Assembly: GCA_046563655.1 (NCBI GenBank)
Contig: CM102290.1
Location: forward strand, 9,238,001-9,302,000
From: Yuukianura sp. NJ FZ-2021
Lineage: Eukaryota
Length of the DNA stretch: 64,000 nt
Direction of reading: 5' to 3'
Below the pieces are notes generated by a model, which worked only from the letters and a program-made list of their open reading frames with translations, did no database searches and had not been told where the DNA came from. The position numbers and the translations under genes were made by a program. Below are positions 26,701 through 39,188 of this stretch, in pieces (position 1 is the first letter of the stretch; every line of letters begins with the position of its first letter).

Positions 26701-28827
26701 TTTGATTTTCGGATTTATCGATCGTCTGACTTACAGTAGCATGCAGGAAACGTTTTAATTTTTTTACATTGATGAGTTTGAATTGAGACTAAGAAAGGAA
26801 TCAATGTGTTTTCAGTTGAGTATAATTGAATTATGTCTATCGTATTATGAAACTTTTGAAGCTGGGCATTTTAGTCAATTTAAAATTGATAGAAGTAATT
26901 ACAAACTGGTCGTAGTCATACGCGGTAGCGGGAAGTACTATGGCGTGGCGTGGGGTGGGTGCATGCGTGGGTTGTTGGGATTTTCGATTTCTCCGTCTCT
27001 AGGTATTGTCTAATATTTGGTGCTACAGGAGGCCCCTTGGTCCTTCAACGTTTTTGGCGGGAAATTTGTGACAGTTGAAGGGATGAAGATGAAGGACTGA
27101 GGGCACATGGTTGTAAGCGCTGACCCTTGTGAAGGCACGGTTAGGTTACAGGACATTGAGTTGTAGTAAAGCGTAGACGGTTTATAGTTTTTTTTAAATT
27201 TAAAACGTCTTTTCCATCTCCCTTTGTCTAGTTATGGGTCTGTTGCTGAGTTGTGGTTTCTTGAGGAAATGCAACCAGTTTTAGCGTAGGAAGATATAAA
27301 GTGAGGGCCCTTAGGAAGGGCCTCAGTTTGTTTAAAGTTGTTTTCAAGATGCAGCTGCTCTAAGGGCCCTTTTAAGAAAAGGTGGACTTGATGAGACGTT
27401 TTAAAGAAAAGGTGGACTTGAGACCTTTTTTAGAAGATGAAGAAAGAAAAAACGAAAGAAAGCGGAGGAGTAAGTTAGGGCAAAGGGAATAAGCAGAGCC
27501 GGCTGTTTCTGGAAGGAGCCCTTAAGGGGTCTATCCATGGGCTAGCTTCAGGTTCGGGTTTGGGTTGAGGTTTAGTGTCCAAGTCTGGGTTAACCTAACC
27601 CACGAGAACTACCCCTTTTCTAGCTAGAACCCGTCAATTTCTTCGGGTTTTGTGATTGACCCATGTTCATAACGAACGGAACTGATTTGCAATTACTAGT
27701 AAATGAGAAGATGCTGTTTGTAGTTTAGGTTTAGTATTTTGACGCCTTCGAGGTTGATCAATTTGAAGTTAAAGTTTTACAGGATGTGGGCATTTAAATT
27801 CCAGTTTCAAATTGAAATCAGTTGAGGTCCATTTCATTCTTCTGTTAACTCGTTCAATGGATGCTTTGATTCAACCATGTTGAGCACAATGGTTTAGTTA
27901 ACGAATAACGACCATTTATTTAATGGACGCAAGTGCACGGTTCTAGTGCACTGTGCATGGAAAGTTCGTTTTTGGGACACATTTGCTGGTAGGTTGCTTC
28001 CTAGTGCATGGCAAGAAGCTGTGAATAGTTTTGTATCTTCAGACCATGGAGATCAATACATTGAATCCAGTTAGCCTTGGTCCAATTTTGTGGCCCAGTG
28101 TTCTGGAACTGACATAGAATGACAAGTTTAACTGTTTTGTGTAAGGTAAATTTAGGACCTGTGTTCTGCATGTTTTTCTCTCTTTTATTAACTTCTTGAC
28201 TTAGAAGTTCTTACAATCAATTGAAGTACAAATGCAATAAATTTTGTGTCGTAACTTACCTTGACTCTAGAGATGTTTTCCTTTGTCAGGATTTGTGAAG
28301 GGGCCTCCGGAGTTTGTGAATGAATTGAAAATGGAAAATTGAAAAGTTAGAAAATGTTTTAGAATTTGAATGGACCTGGACTGGACCCCCGTACTGGGCG
28401 TAGGCGGGGAAAGAATCCCGGGAGGATTTGATACAGACGAAGAAAGCAATGCTTTGGACTTCATAGAGTCATTGTGAAACTCATTGATGTTTATGACAGG
28501 GCTGTGAATGGCTATTGGCTACTTGTTTCGCTCGATGTGGACTAGATGCGTATTATTTTTGCGGAAGAGCTAAAGTGTTTGTGGGTTAGCTGTTAGTTCT
28601 CATTTTGGTCATAGTAAAGTTGTACGAAAGCGAACTGTGACGTTGAAGTTTTATTAGCATTAGCAGTTGGCAGAGCTGAAATATAGTAGTAGTGTATCCA
28701 TTGATGATCTAACCTTGGCCAGAACTCATCCTAATTTTTTTTGTTCTCTTTTTTTCCAGTGTACAGCGCCGTGAAGAAGCGAAGAATTGGCCATGGAACT
28801 GCTGGAGCAGAGAAGAAGGCCTTTTAA
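23792..28827 (+). CDS. dap: Cip/Kip cyclin-dependent kinase inhibitor (Dacapo/p27-like); exons 23792-24159, 26133-26665, 28760-28827
   Basis: CDI domain VSRNLFG..LQKESARWNFDFEAEKPLPG|RFQWQPV; C-terminal KQMKIT|MYSAVKKRR resembles a PIP box plus NLS; strong polypyrimidine acceptor at 28759. Confidence 0.85.
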
Positions 28828-31800
28828 CATGTAGAAAGCAAAGGATTTTGTGGCGAAGCGGAAGTTGAGGGTCGTTTAAGTAGTGATCGTGTGTGCTGTT
28901 TGTTAAATGGAAGGCCAATTCAGTTGTAATTTGGCTTAAAGTTAAGGTCTCTAAAATGTAATTGAGTGCAAACTAGGCTTATTATGCAATCTCAAACAAT
29001 TTCTCATAGCCTAACCTTAACCCCTTTCCCCGTTGAATCCAAATTTGGCCAAAATTGAGTCCATTTGATGTAAATGAGGCCGTAAATCTATTTTTTACAA
29101 CCCAAATTTAGGAAATTCAATTTTTAAGTCTTATGGATAGATTTGACAAAAAGATTTAGCGCGTACGATGGATCGACTAGAATTAACTTATTATTAATCA
29201 CGAACTCACTAAATACTACGTTGAATGAGCTTGGGATTAATACGGACTGTCTCCATGTACTATTTCCCTTTTGGTTGAGATCATTAGTTAACTAAATATG
29301 ATTCTCAATTAATGAAATAAGTATCCCATTTACTATATTAAGTTTAAGCATTTGGAGTTTGTCTAGAAAAGAGTTATATTTTTTTGCAATGGATTTGGCA
29401 AAGTTAAAGGGACGTAAAGTGAAAGGTGATCGAGAGATTAGAAAGAGAAAGCTTTAATTAGAATGTAATGAGGATTGGAAGTGAGAATCAGGTTAGGTCA
29501 TGTTGCTCAAGTACAAAACTACAAAAACTACCGAAGATGCCTTAAGGAGTCAGGTCAAAGTGGACACCGACAGGATTCAAGTACAAAGGAGCATCATATG
29601 GTCTCATAGAACGGAACCTGCTGAATTGTAGAAATACTTCAATTCAAACACAAAGAGCCAGAGCGATGTTAACGGGAAGCTAACTAAAAATATCCAGCAG
29701 AAGAACAGAAACTAATCGAATCGAACCTTATTTCAAGACGCACTCAAATTTTAGGGAAAAGAAAGTAATGAGGCCAACGAAAGTTAAAAAAAAAACTTAG
29801 AGCCAGTCTTAAAAAACTACCCATCCGAAAAAAAAAACTAAAGTCATGGAGAAAGATGAACTGTAATACAATCCTAAATTTGCAATAGCAGTAACAACTA
29901 CTACACACTTCACGATGGACAAATCAAACAACCCTTGAATCTTAAGTGAATTAGCCAACGTCTTAATGTTTAATTCCACACATCCATATTTAATTAATTA
30001 CATCTGCAGAAGTAGAAACCTTCATCTGATATAATCAATTGTTTAATAAATTACCTGTAGAAATCAATTCGTAGCACAGTTAAGGCAGTGGAGGAAGTTT
30101 AGAGAAGATAAATTGGCCTTTGTCGCAATTTTAATTGTTCTTGCTCTAAATTGGTCATGTACATTATACTAAATATTATTGTTGTTGTATTCTAGATGTA
30201 GGTTTATTATAAACTAATAAGTTTATTATTAAAACTATTATTATTATTACCCAATTGACGAGAGGAGTTGTTGATACATCACAGTCTTCGAACATGTTTA
30301 ATTTTTGAACTTATATTTAGTTGAGTTTAAAATTCAAAAGCGCAATTCGGATTTGATTGATCTCAAATTGAGAGAGAGAGAGAAGAGGAGGAGCATTTTG
30401 CTTAAAAGCAATAATTAGTCGTCCGTAAATCAACAATTAAAATTTTTCTCTAAAATATAGAAAACAACTAGAGTTAATTTAGAGTTGCTAAGGAAAGTTA
30501 ACAAAGCGTCGCTGTTCTGGGCCCTATCATGAAACTTTTTGACCACCGTAGCTACCGCCAGTTCTTAAAATAGTACTAATCAGTGTCACAGTTTGTAGTT
30601 TTCCAATTCACCCTGACTATTACACATTCTTAGCTGGTCTTTTAGTTACTAGTATTTGGTAGTGTCAATTAGCTTCCTTTAGAATTTCTGCTCTACCACA
30701 CTAATTATTAAAAATACATAGTAGTACAGATTCAGAATTCACAATTTGAACCTTAGGCTTTTAGTAGAGCAGTTTACAACTTTCATTTTTTTTTCAAATC
30801 TGTTAACTGATGTCCAATAAATTGAAAAGAATAAAGAGGAGCAAAGGAATTTCAAAAAACAGTTTTTCTTTTTGTAGTGTATTTGAATTCTTTGAAAGGG
30901 AGGGTCACACCCTTAACATTTTCTTTATTTCTTAACATTTTTTGAGGAGAAATTTGAACCGAAGGAATTGAATGGGGCCCTTCGAAGGCGTCAAGCAGTC
31001 TGCTGCATACTTGGGAAGGGTACTTCGGACGATGGGGGAGGGGATGCTGTAAATCCAGCATTTCAGTATGATCTGATGAAATTCTTTGGTGGGGGAGGGG
31101 TAGCCTTTGAGTTCAATTGTTAAGTGACCAGGGTTAAGAAGAAAGGCTTAAGGGCCTCCATCCGTAGCTTTCCTTAATCAAAACGAAGATGATTTGAAGT
31201 ATACATTCTGCTTCTAATGCTTTTTTTCAATTTTGTAGAATACAGAAGGAAGAAAAAGTAAAAGTTGACCCGTAATGGTTTAAGTGGTGTTTGTGTTGTT
31301 GTTTGTACTACGTTTGTTGATGATCTATTTGTGCAGTTTTTTAGGTTGAAGTGGTAGGGATGATAAGCCGGATTTGTTGTTTTGGTACAGAGTTGTGGCG
31401 TGGCCTCAACCCTAAAACGCCATTTTTACTAGACTTGTACAAATTCACACCATTTCTGGGTCAACAAACTAAAAAAAAAGTAGAACCAAGAGGAGATTGG
31501 CATAATCCTAATGACTTTTAGTAGTAGTGGCCCAGTAGTACTGTTTGGTATTAAAAACTTCTTAGAGCAGAAGAGTGGCCGATGGCACAAGGGAATTACG
31601 ATTATATTGGGTCAAGGAATTCTTAGCTTCTAGATCTAAAAGTACACAAAAAAATTGGATTTTTTTAAATTTCGGACGTGGTTAACTCGTGTGTAATAGG
31701 ATTTGACGTTTGGAAAAAAAATTAGAGCAGAGGGTGCGAGGGTGAGACGTAAAAGGAGGAAGTAAATCTTCATTTTTTTTCAAACTTTTTTTTTTGTTTG

Positions 31801-33300
31801 ACCTAAAACTGTCTTCTTAAGATGTTTTAGGCACTGGGATATTTTTAACATATGATTGGACCAACTAGAGTTACAACTCAAATGCTAACTTAATCTTAGA
31901 TTAATACGCATTTTAGCTTCTGTACGACATAACATTACACTTAACAGTTCCATCTGCTGTACGTATTCTTGATTTGCCAAAATTTCAGAAACTCATAAAT
32001 ACTTTTTTGGATTTTTCAAAATTCTGTACTTTAAAACTTTAAGTCAATTTACCAAGCTATCAGTACAACAGCTCCAGATATTTTTTTTAGATATTTTCAT
32101 AAACCAAAATTTGTCATGGAGAAAGCTCACCCTTTTTCAGTTCCTAGCAGACATAGGATTTTTTTGTCCAAAATGTGATGCTGACCACATTCGAGGTTGA
32201 AGATGCGGAGAATCAAATGACAGATGCTGCATAGGCTGGATGCTTGGCAGCAGGAAGTGTTTCGGATCCGATCAGAATGAATGGGAAAAGCAGCGTCTCC
32301 GCACTGTAGACATTTCCGGTGTCTTGATACTTCAACTGGGTCCCTTAAGTCTCAATTTTTAGAAGAAGGCGACCTTGGAGTCCTTTTGAATGGCGTCTCC
32401 TTCCACTGATTCCTGTTCCTGATGATGGAAAAACAGATGGATAGCAGAGAAAGTCAAGTTTCAATGGACTTAAGGGGACGAAGGGCCCTTCTGCTCTCTT
32501 TTTTCCTTGGAGTAGGTCAAGACAAGATTCACCGGAAGACGAGCATCTTTGAAGCAGGGTCTTTATCAAAGGTAGCCTAACCTAAAGGGTCCCCTCATCT
32601 TCTTCCCGCCAAAATCTTAAGATGGGCACAAAGGCTCTTCTTAAGGCACCCCTCCTCTCTCTTTTGTAATCAGAGGTCATCGGGTACTTAGATGGTCGCA
32701 TTGCAGCTGCCGCACTGCTACCGAATATGCTGGTTACCTTGGTAACCTATGTTGGCACGAGATGAACAAGGCAGGTGAGAAACTACTTAGGGCTTACCCT
32801 AACCCAACTTTGTTTTTGCCCTAACGTAGCTTTGCGTTTGAACGCAATATTTCAATGTCTCAAAGTAAGAGTTAGTCTAATTGCTTTAGCTCAGGGATTT
32901 TCTGGGAAGAGGAACTGAACGAACACATTCAAACTGACGCCGCATCAGAAGATCTGTCCACAGGGAAATCTGGAGCCAACCAGCCTTATGCCTCCATGTC
33001 ACTGTCACCTTATTTTTCCATTTGACACAACTTTGAGTAAGGGTCAGAGGTCAACTTGGAAAAGTCCTGTGCCACTAGTACAAAGCCCTTCCGCGTCTCC
33101 AATCAAGTCAAAAAATTAGACACATTTAATGAAGCCAGTCTACTGTGTTTTGACAGATAGTAGGAACACGAGTAATTAATAGTTGATGAGCCAAGAGTGC
33201 TGAGAGGAACATAAAAGTTAAGTGATGTAAACAAGTATTTAAGTCGATTGCCAATGACCCCTTGACCTCTTCATGAGAATGACCTTTTGTGCTAGTAGCT

Positions 33301-34082
33301 TTAGGAGCGTGAACGAGAGACTCGATAGCGACGATGTGCTGGACAGTACTCCGCATATTCCTCCCAAGTACACCCACTTGCACTGCAACATTCGTCTGTA
33401 ATCGACTTGTTCTCCCGCTTCTTTCTGAAATCAAAACAACAGATTTTCACAATCCAAAATGAAATCGTCTTAAAGTTATTCCGATTTTTTTTAATTTTGC
33501 TGACCTGACGTAACCTGTCCAGGGTTTGATGATACTTTTTGCAGTGTAGGGGGTCAAGTAGGGACTATCAATCTGATCAATATCGGGGGACGATTTTTTG
33601 TCCAAACGATAAACGTCTTTGCCACAGGCCCATTCCATGTGATTCAGTAGTTGATCTCGACATCGAGTGTGTTTTTCCAAATGCCAAGCAGATTTCCAAT
33701 CATCTTCATTTCTGAACAATAAACAATTTGTTTTGGAAGAAACAAGTCCGACAACAAAATTCTGTTCTCTATACCGGAAGATACAATGAATTCTCTGAAA
33801 TTTTCATGAACGCTTGCAACTTTCTACACTCGGATATTATAAGAACTGAACCCTCGAATTCTTAAAGTTATCGTTTCTTTGAAAAGTTGAAAAGAAAGCT
33901 GACCTGATTTGAAATATTTTTTGTAACTCTGACTCTTTGTCGGGCGTCACATGAGAAATAGACGGAGGAGGGCAAAGAAGCAGCGTCACTACAAATGTCG
34001 CCGACAGCCAAAAGAACGATCCTGGAAGATAAGAGAGATGTGAATTGCCAATAATTCTGGACATCCTCTCATCCCCTGACAT
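33301..34082 (-). CDS. ilp7: Insulin-like peptide of the dILP7/arthropod relaxin type; exons 34082-33904, 33711-33505, 33424-33301
   Basis: Hydrophobic signal-like segment; B chain DWKSAWHLEKHTRCRDQLLNHMEWACGKDVYRL (C-x11-C); RKKR cleavage site; A chain SITDECCSASGCTWEEYAEYCPAHRR (CC-x4-C-x8-C, CTWEEYAEYC signature). Start ATG could be 34082 or 34064. Confidence 0.92.
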
Positions 34083-35183
34083 TCCTACAACAGTTAACCA
34101 CAATTAAGTAAAGTTTTCACACAAAGTTAGGTAGTAAACTTTGACACGAACAGTTTTAGTTAAGGTATAGTTGTCAGGTTTTGAACTTTCACCTGAGGCC
34201 AGAAGGCTCGACTCTCCGCTCCGCTTTCTTACTGCTTTCTGACCCTGCTTTCCTTGGACTTTCTTCGACACTGGGGACGGTGGGGGGAGGGGGTGGATCT
34301 TTTTAATGTCCCACTGCTGCTGTCACCCACTGCTCCAATCCATCCAAACGTCAAATGTACTCATCCATTAAACAGGTGAATGTCACTCACAGTGTCACTT
34401 CCTTCTGGAATTTGACTTTCCGCTTTCTAGTCTCCTCAATCGCTCCCTGGAGTCCCCTTTTCTTCCCCAACAAAAACGACTTTAATTGAATCAACCCCGG
34501 TAAAAAGCCGCTTCCCAAAAGCCAATTTAAACACACATTCAATATACTTGTTTGGATGCCCTCGCCCTTTTACGTCAGTCGTTTTCGGCTTGATTTGACG
34601 TTCTTGCCATTCACTCGTTTTTCTTTTTAGTTCTTTCGGTTTTTTTTTGGCGGTAATTTATCAAACTGATGAGATTTACAGAATTGTGGGAGTAATCCAG
34701 CGTCTCACCAAGGAAGTCAGACGTTTCTAATTATAATTTGGAGCAAACGCAGGTCGAAAACATAAGACAGTGTGACCCTTAAATTGCAATCTAAGTCTTG
34801 ATCTACGCAGTTAGCGTGTGAAATACGTAAAAACTGTTTTTTTTTATTCCACATTTTATAATTTTAAAAAAATAATAGTATTAAATTCATGTTATAATCA
34901 ATTAGAACAATCAATCATTAATCAAGTGGACTAATCAATTAGTGGGTGTTCAGCTGAGTGAACTGATTCTGTATAGGGGTCAACAGTTTAGTGCGAATTC
35001 AACAAGACATGTTGCAGTTGAAAGGGATTCGTTTCCTCATTTAGAGACCGAAATTTGTAAGGACATTAGTGAAAAAAAAAGACCTATCCGGATAAGCCTT
35101 AAGAAATACAGTAAGTGAGAATTTTATATTTTGGACATGCAAATGATGGGCCTGCTGGTTTTTCGATTTCGGTTACATGTCTC

Positions 35184-38100
35184 CATGGACACATTCGCCA
35201 AGAAGTGATTCCGTAGGTTTCGGTTGTGGGATTTAGTATGTGTTCCTAAGTGATGGTGCAGAGAAGGTTTAGTCAAAAATTTAGAAATATTATTTAGAAA
35301 GGAGTTGTTTTCCCTTTTTGCGTTTTAAGAAATTTCGGCTACGTTAAGTAAATTTTTTAAGTTGAGATTCGAGTTGTGAAAAACGAAATTCGGAATTAGT
35401 CTACACGAAGATACATACGACAGAGGACTAGTCAATGACTACGCTCGAGATTCCGGCCCCAGTTCACTCGAACTGGCACACTCCGGACTTACCGAGAGAG
35501 ATTCACACCCCTCCCTGCCCTGTGTCACCTGAACAGCTACTTGCAAGCCTCGATCCGTCCTCGCGCCCAATCTACTACAATGCCGTATGTTCTAGTGTAT
35601 AGAAAAAAACCGAAAGTCACGTTAAACGTCAAGTCAAGTCTCGTTAACTCTAATAATAACACTTCTGCTGCGCATTCAAGCAAGAGACACAGGGACTAAG
35701 TTTTTTACCACATCCCCGAACCAATGCGGATTGAGACTTTGAAACGATCTGTGCATGGACACATTCGCCAAGAAGTGATTCCGTAGGTTTCGGTTGTGGG
35801 ATTTAGTATGTGTTCCTAAGTGATGGTGCAGAGAAGGTTTAGTCAAAAATTTAGAAATATTATTTAGAAAGGAGTTGTTTTCCCTTTTTGCGTTTTAAGA
35901 AATTTCGGATACGTTAAGTAAATTTTTTAAGTTGAGATTCGAGTTGTGAAAAACGAAATTCGGAATTAGTCTACACGAAGATACATACGACAGAGGACTA
36001 GTCAATGACTACGCTCGAGATTCCGGCCCCAGTTCACTCGAACTGGCACACTCCGGACTTACCGAGAGAGATTCACACCCCTCCCTGCCCTGTGTCACCT
36101 GAACAGCTACTTGCAAGCCTCGATCCGTCCTCGCGCCCAATCTACTACAATGCCGTATGTTCTAGCGTATAGAAAAAAACCGAAAGTCACGTTAAACGTC
36201 AAGTCAAGTCTCGTTAACTCTAATAATAACACTTCTGCTGCGCATTCAAGCAAGAGACACAGGGACTAAGTTTTTTTACCACATCCCCGAACCAATGCGG
36301 ATTGAGACTTTGAAACGATCTGTGCATGGACACATTCGCCAAGAAGTGATTCCGTAGGTTTCGGTTGTGGGATTTAGTATGTGTTCCTAAGTGATGGTGC
36401 AGAGAAGGTTTAGTCAAAAATTTAGAAATATTATTTAGAAAGGAGTTGTTTTCCCTTTTTGCGTTTTAAGAAATTTCGGATACGTTAAGTAAATTTTTTA
36501 AGTTGAGATTCGAGTTGTGAAAAACGAAATTCGGAATTAGTCTACACGAAGATACATACGACAGAGGACTAGTCAATGACTACGCTCGAGATTCCGGCCC
36601 CAGTTCACTCGAACTGGCACACTCCGGACTTACCGAGAGAGATTCACACCCCTCCCTGCCCTGTGTCACCTGAACAGCTACTTGCAAGCCTCGATCCGTC
36701 CTCGCGCCCAATCTACTACAATGCCGTATGTTCTAGCGTATAGAAAAAAACCGAAAGTCACGTTAAACGTCAAGTCAAGTCTCGTTAACTCTAATAATAA
36801 CACTTCTGCTGCGCATTCAAGCAAGAGACACAGGGACTAAGTTTTTTACCACATCCCCGAACCAATGCGGATTGAGACTTTGAAACGATCTGTGCATGGA
36901 CACATTCGCCAAGAAGTGATTCCGTAGGTTTCGGTTGTGGGATTTAGTATGTGTTCCTAAGTGATGGTGCAGAGAAGGTTTAGTCAAAAATTTAGAAATA
37001 TTATTTAGAAAGGAGTTGTTTTCCCTTTTTGCGTTTTAAGAAATTTCGGATACGTTAAGTAAATTTTTTAAGTTGAGATTCGAGTTGTGAAAAACGAAAT
37101 TCGGAATTAGTCTACACGAAGATACATACGACAGAGGACTAGTCAATGACTACGCTCGAGATTCCGGCCCCAGTTCACTCGAACTGGCACACTCCGGACT
37201 TACCGAGAGAGATTCACACCCCTCCCTGCCCTGTGTCACCTGAACAGCTACTTGCAAGCCTCGATCCGTCCTCGCGCCCAATCTACTACAATGCCGTATG
37301 TTCTAGCGTATAGAAAAAAACCGAAAGTCACGTTAAACGTCAAGTCAAGTCTCGTTAACTCTAATAATAACACTTCTGCTGCGCATTCAAGCAAGAGACA
37401 CAGGGACTAAGTTTTTTACCACATCCCCGAACCAATGCGGATTGAGACTTTGAAACGATCTGTGCATGGACACATTCGTCAAGAAGTGATTCCGTAGGTT
37501 TCGGTTGTGGGATTTAGTATGTGTTCCTAAGTGATGGTGCACAGAAGGTTTAGGAAAAAATTTAGAAATATTATTTAGAAAGGAGTTGTTTTCACTTTTT
37601 GCGTTTTAAGAAATTTCGGCTACGTTAAGTAAATTTTTTAAGTTGAGATTCGAGTTGTGAAAAACGAAATTCGGAATTAGTCTACACGAAGAGACATACG
37701 ACAGAGGACTAGTCAATGACTACGCTCGAGATTCCGGCCCCAGTTCACTCGAACTGGCACACTCCGGACTTACCGAGAGAGATTCACACCCCTCCCTGCC
37801 CTGTGTCACCTGAACAGCTACTTGCAAGCCTCGATCCGTCCTCGCGCCCAATCTACTACAATGCCGTATGTTCTAGCGTATAGAAAAAAACCGAAAGTCA
37901 CGTTAAACGTCAAGTCAAGTCTCGTTAACTCTAATAATAACACTTCTGCTGCGCATTCAAGCAAGAGACACAGGGACTAAGTTTTTTACCACATCCCCGA
38001 ACCAATGCGGATTGAGACTTTGAAACGATCTGTGCATGGACACATTCGTCAAGAAGTGATTCCGTAGGTTTCGGTTGTGGGATTTAGTATGTGTTCCTAA

Positions 38101-38819
38101 GTGATGGTGCACAGAAGGTTTAGGAAAAAATTTAGAAATATTATTTAGAAAGGAGTTGTTTTCACTTTTTGCGTTTTAAGAAATTTCGGCTACGTTAAGT
38201 AAATTTTTTAAGTTGAGATTCGAGTTGTGAAAAACGAAATTAGGAATTAGTCTACACGAAGAGACATACGACAGAGGACTAGTCAATGACTACGCTCGAG
38301 ATTCCGGCCCCAGTTCACTCGAACTGGCACACTCCGGACTTACCGAGAGAGATTCACACCCCTCCCTGCCCTGTGTCACCTGAACAGCTACTTGCAAGCC
38401 TCGATCCGTCCTCGCGCCCAATCTACTACAATGCCGTATGTTCTAGCGTATAGAAAAAAACCGAAAGTCACGTTAAACGTCAAGTCAAGTCTCGTTAACT
38501 CTAATAATAACACTTCTGCTGCGCATTCAAGCAAGAGACACAGGGACTAAGTTTTTTACCACATCCCCGAACCAATGCGGATTGAGACTTTGAAACGATC
38601 TGTGCATGGACACATTCGTCAAGAAGTGATTCCGTAGGTTTCGGTTGTGGGATTTAGTATGTGTTCCTAAGTGATGGTGCACAGAAGGTTTAGGAAAAAA
38701 ATTAGAAATATTATTTAGAAAGGAGTTGTTTTCACTTTTTGCGTTTTAAGAAATTTCGGCTACGTTAAGTAAATTTTTTAAGTTGAGATTCGAGTTGCCA
38801 AAAACTAAATTCGGAATTA
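35184..38819. repeat. Tandem array of 570-bp units: 6 full copies plus a 215-bp partial seventh
   Basis: Units start (CATGGACACATTCG) at 35184, 35754, 36325, 36895, 37465, 38035 and 38605; copies differ by only a few substitutions. Confidence 0.98.
35435..35602 (+). CDS. Putative 55-aa small ORF repeated in each full 570-bp unit (MTTLEIPAPVHSNWHTPDLPREIHTPPCPVSPEQLLASLDPSSRPIYYNAVCSSV)
   Basis: ATG..TAG spans the GC-rich part of the unit and is intact in all six copies; no recognisable homology. Confidence 0.25.
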   Translation: MTTLEIPAPVHSNWHTPDLPREIHTPPCPVSPEQLLASLDPSSRPIYYNAVCSSV

Positions 38820-39188
38820 ATCCCAAATTTTGAAAATCTGAGAAAAGAAATGCCTGGTTGACCTGTTACACAATTGCAAATTGACGTGACTATTCGCTAT
38901 TTCAAATTCCTTATTTTTTCAAGTTTTTTTCCCATGATTTCTAAAACCGTCCCTATGGATAAAACCGGATAAAAATATTATCTACACTCGTAACATAATG
39001 CCTATAATATAACACTCCTAAAAACCTGCGAATCGGCACAGTCTGAAATATCTGGTTTTCGGAGGAATAGACATACCCGATTGGTTGCTCCATGTGCTTA
39101 TCATGTTTATGTACTTTCAAATTATTATTCATATTCGTGCATCGGAAACACAAATCACACCTTAACAGTTAATTCGTGTTTGCAAAAA

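Noticed and set aside
32165..32345. Cys-rich minus-strand frame near ilp7 as a second insulin-like gene
   Set aside because: Cysteine spacing does not fit CC-x3/4-C-x8-C, and no B chain or signal exon was found.
35540..35575. HDV-like ribozyme suggested by TCCTCGC in the array unit
   Set aside because: Flanking bases do not form P3 or P1; no hammerhead, twister, 5S, tRNA or snRNA signature was recognised in the unit.
35015..39165. Possible TTAA-flanked transposon enclosing the 570-bp array
   Set aside because: A terminus-like ..TCACACCTTAA exists near 39160, but no convincing matching left inverted repeat was found.
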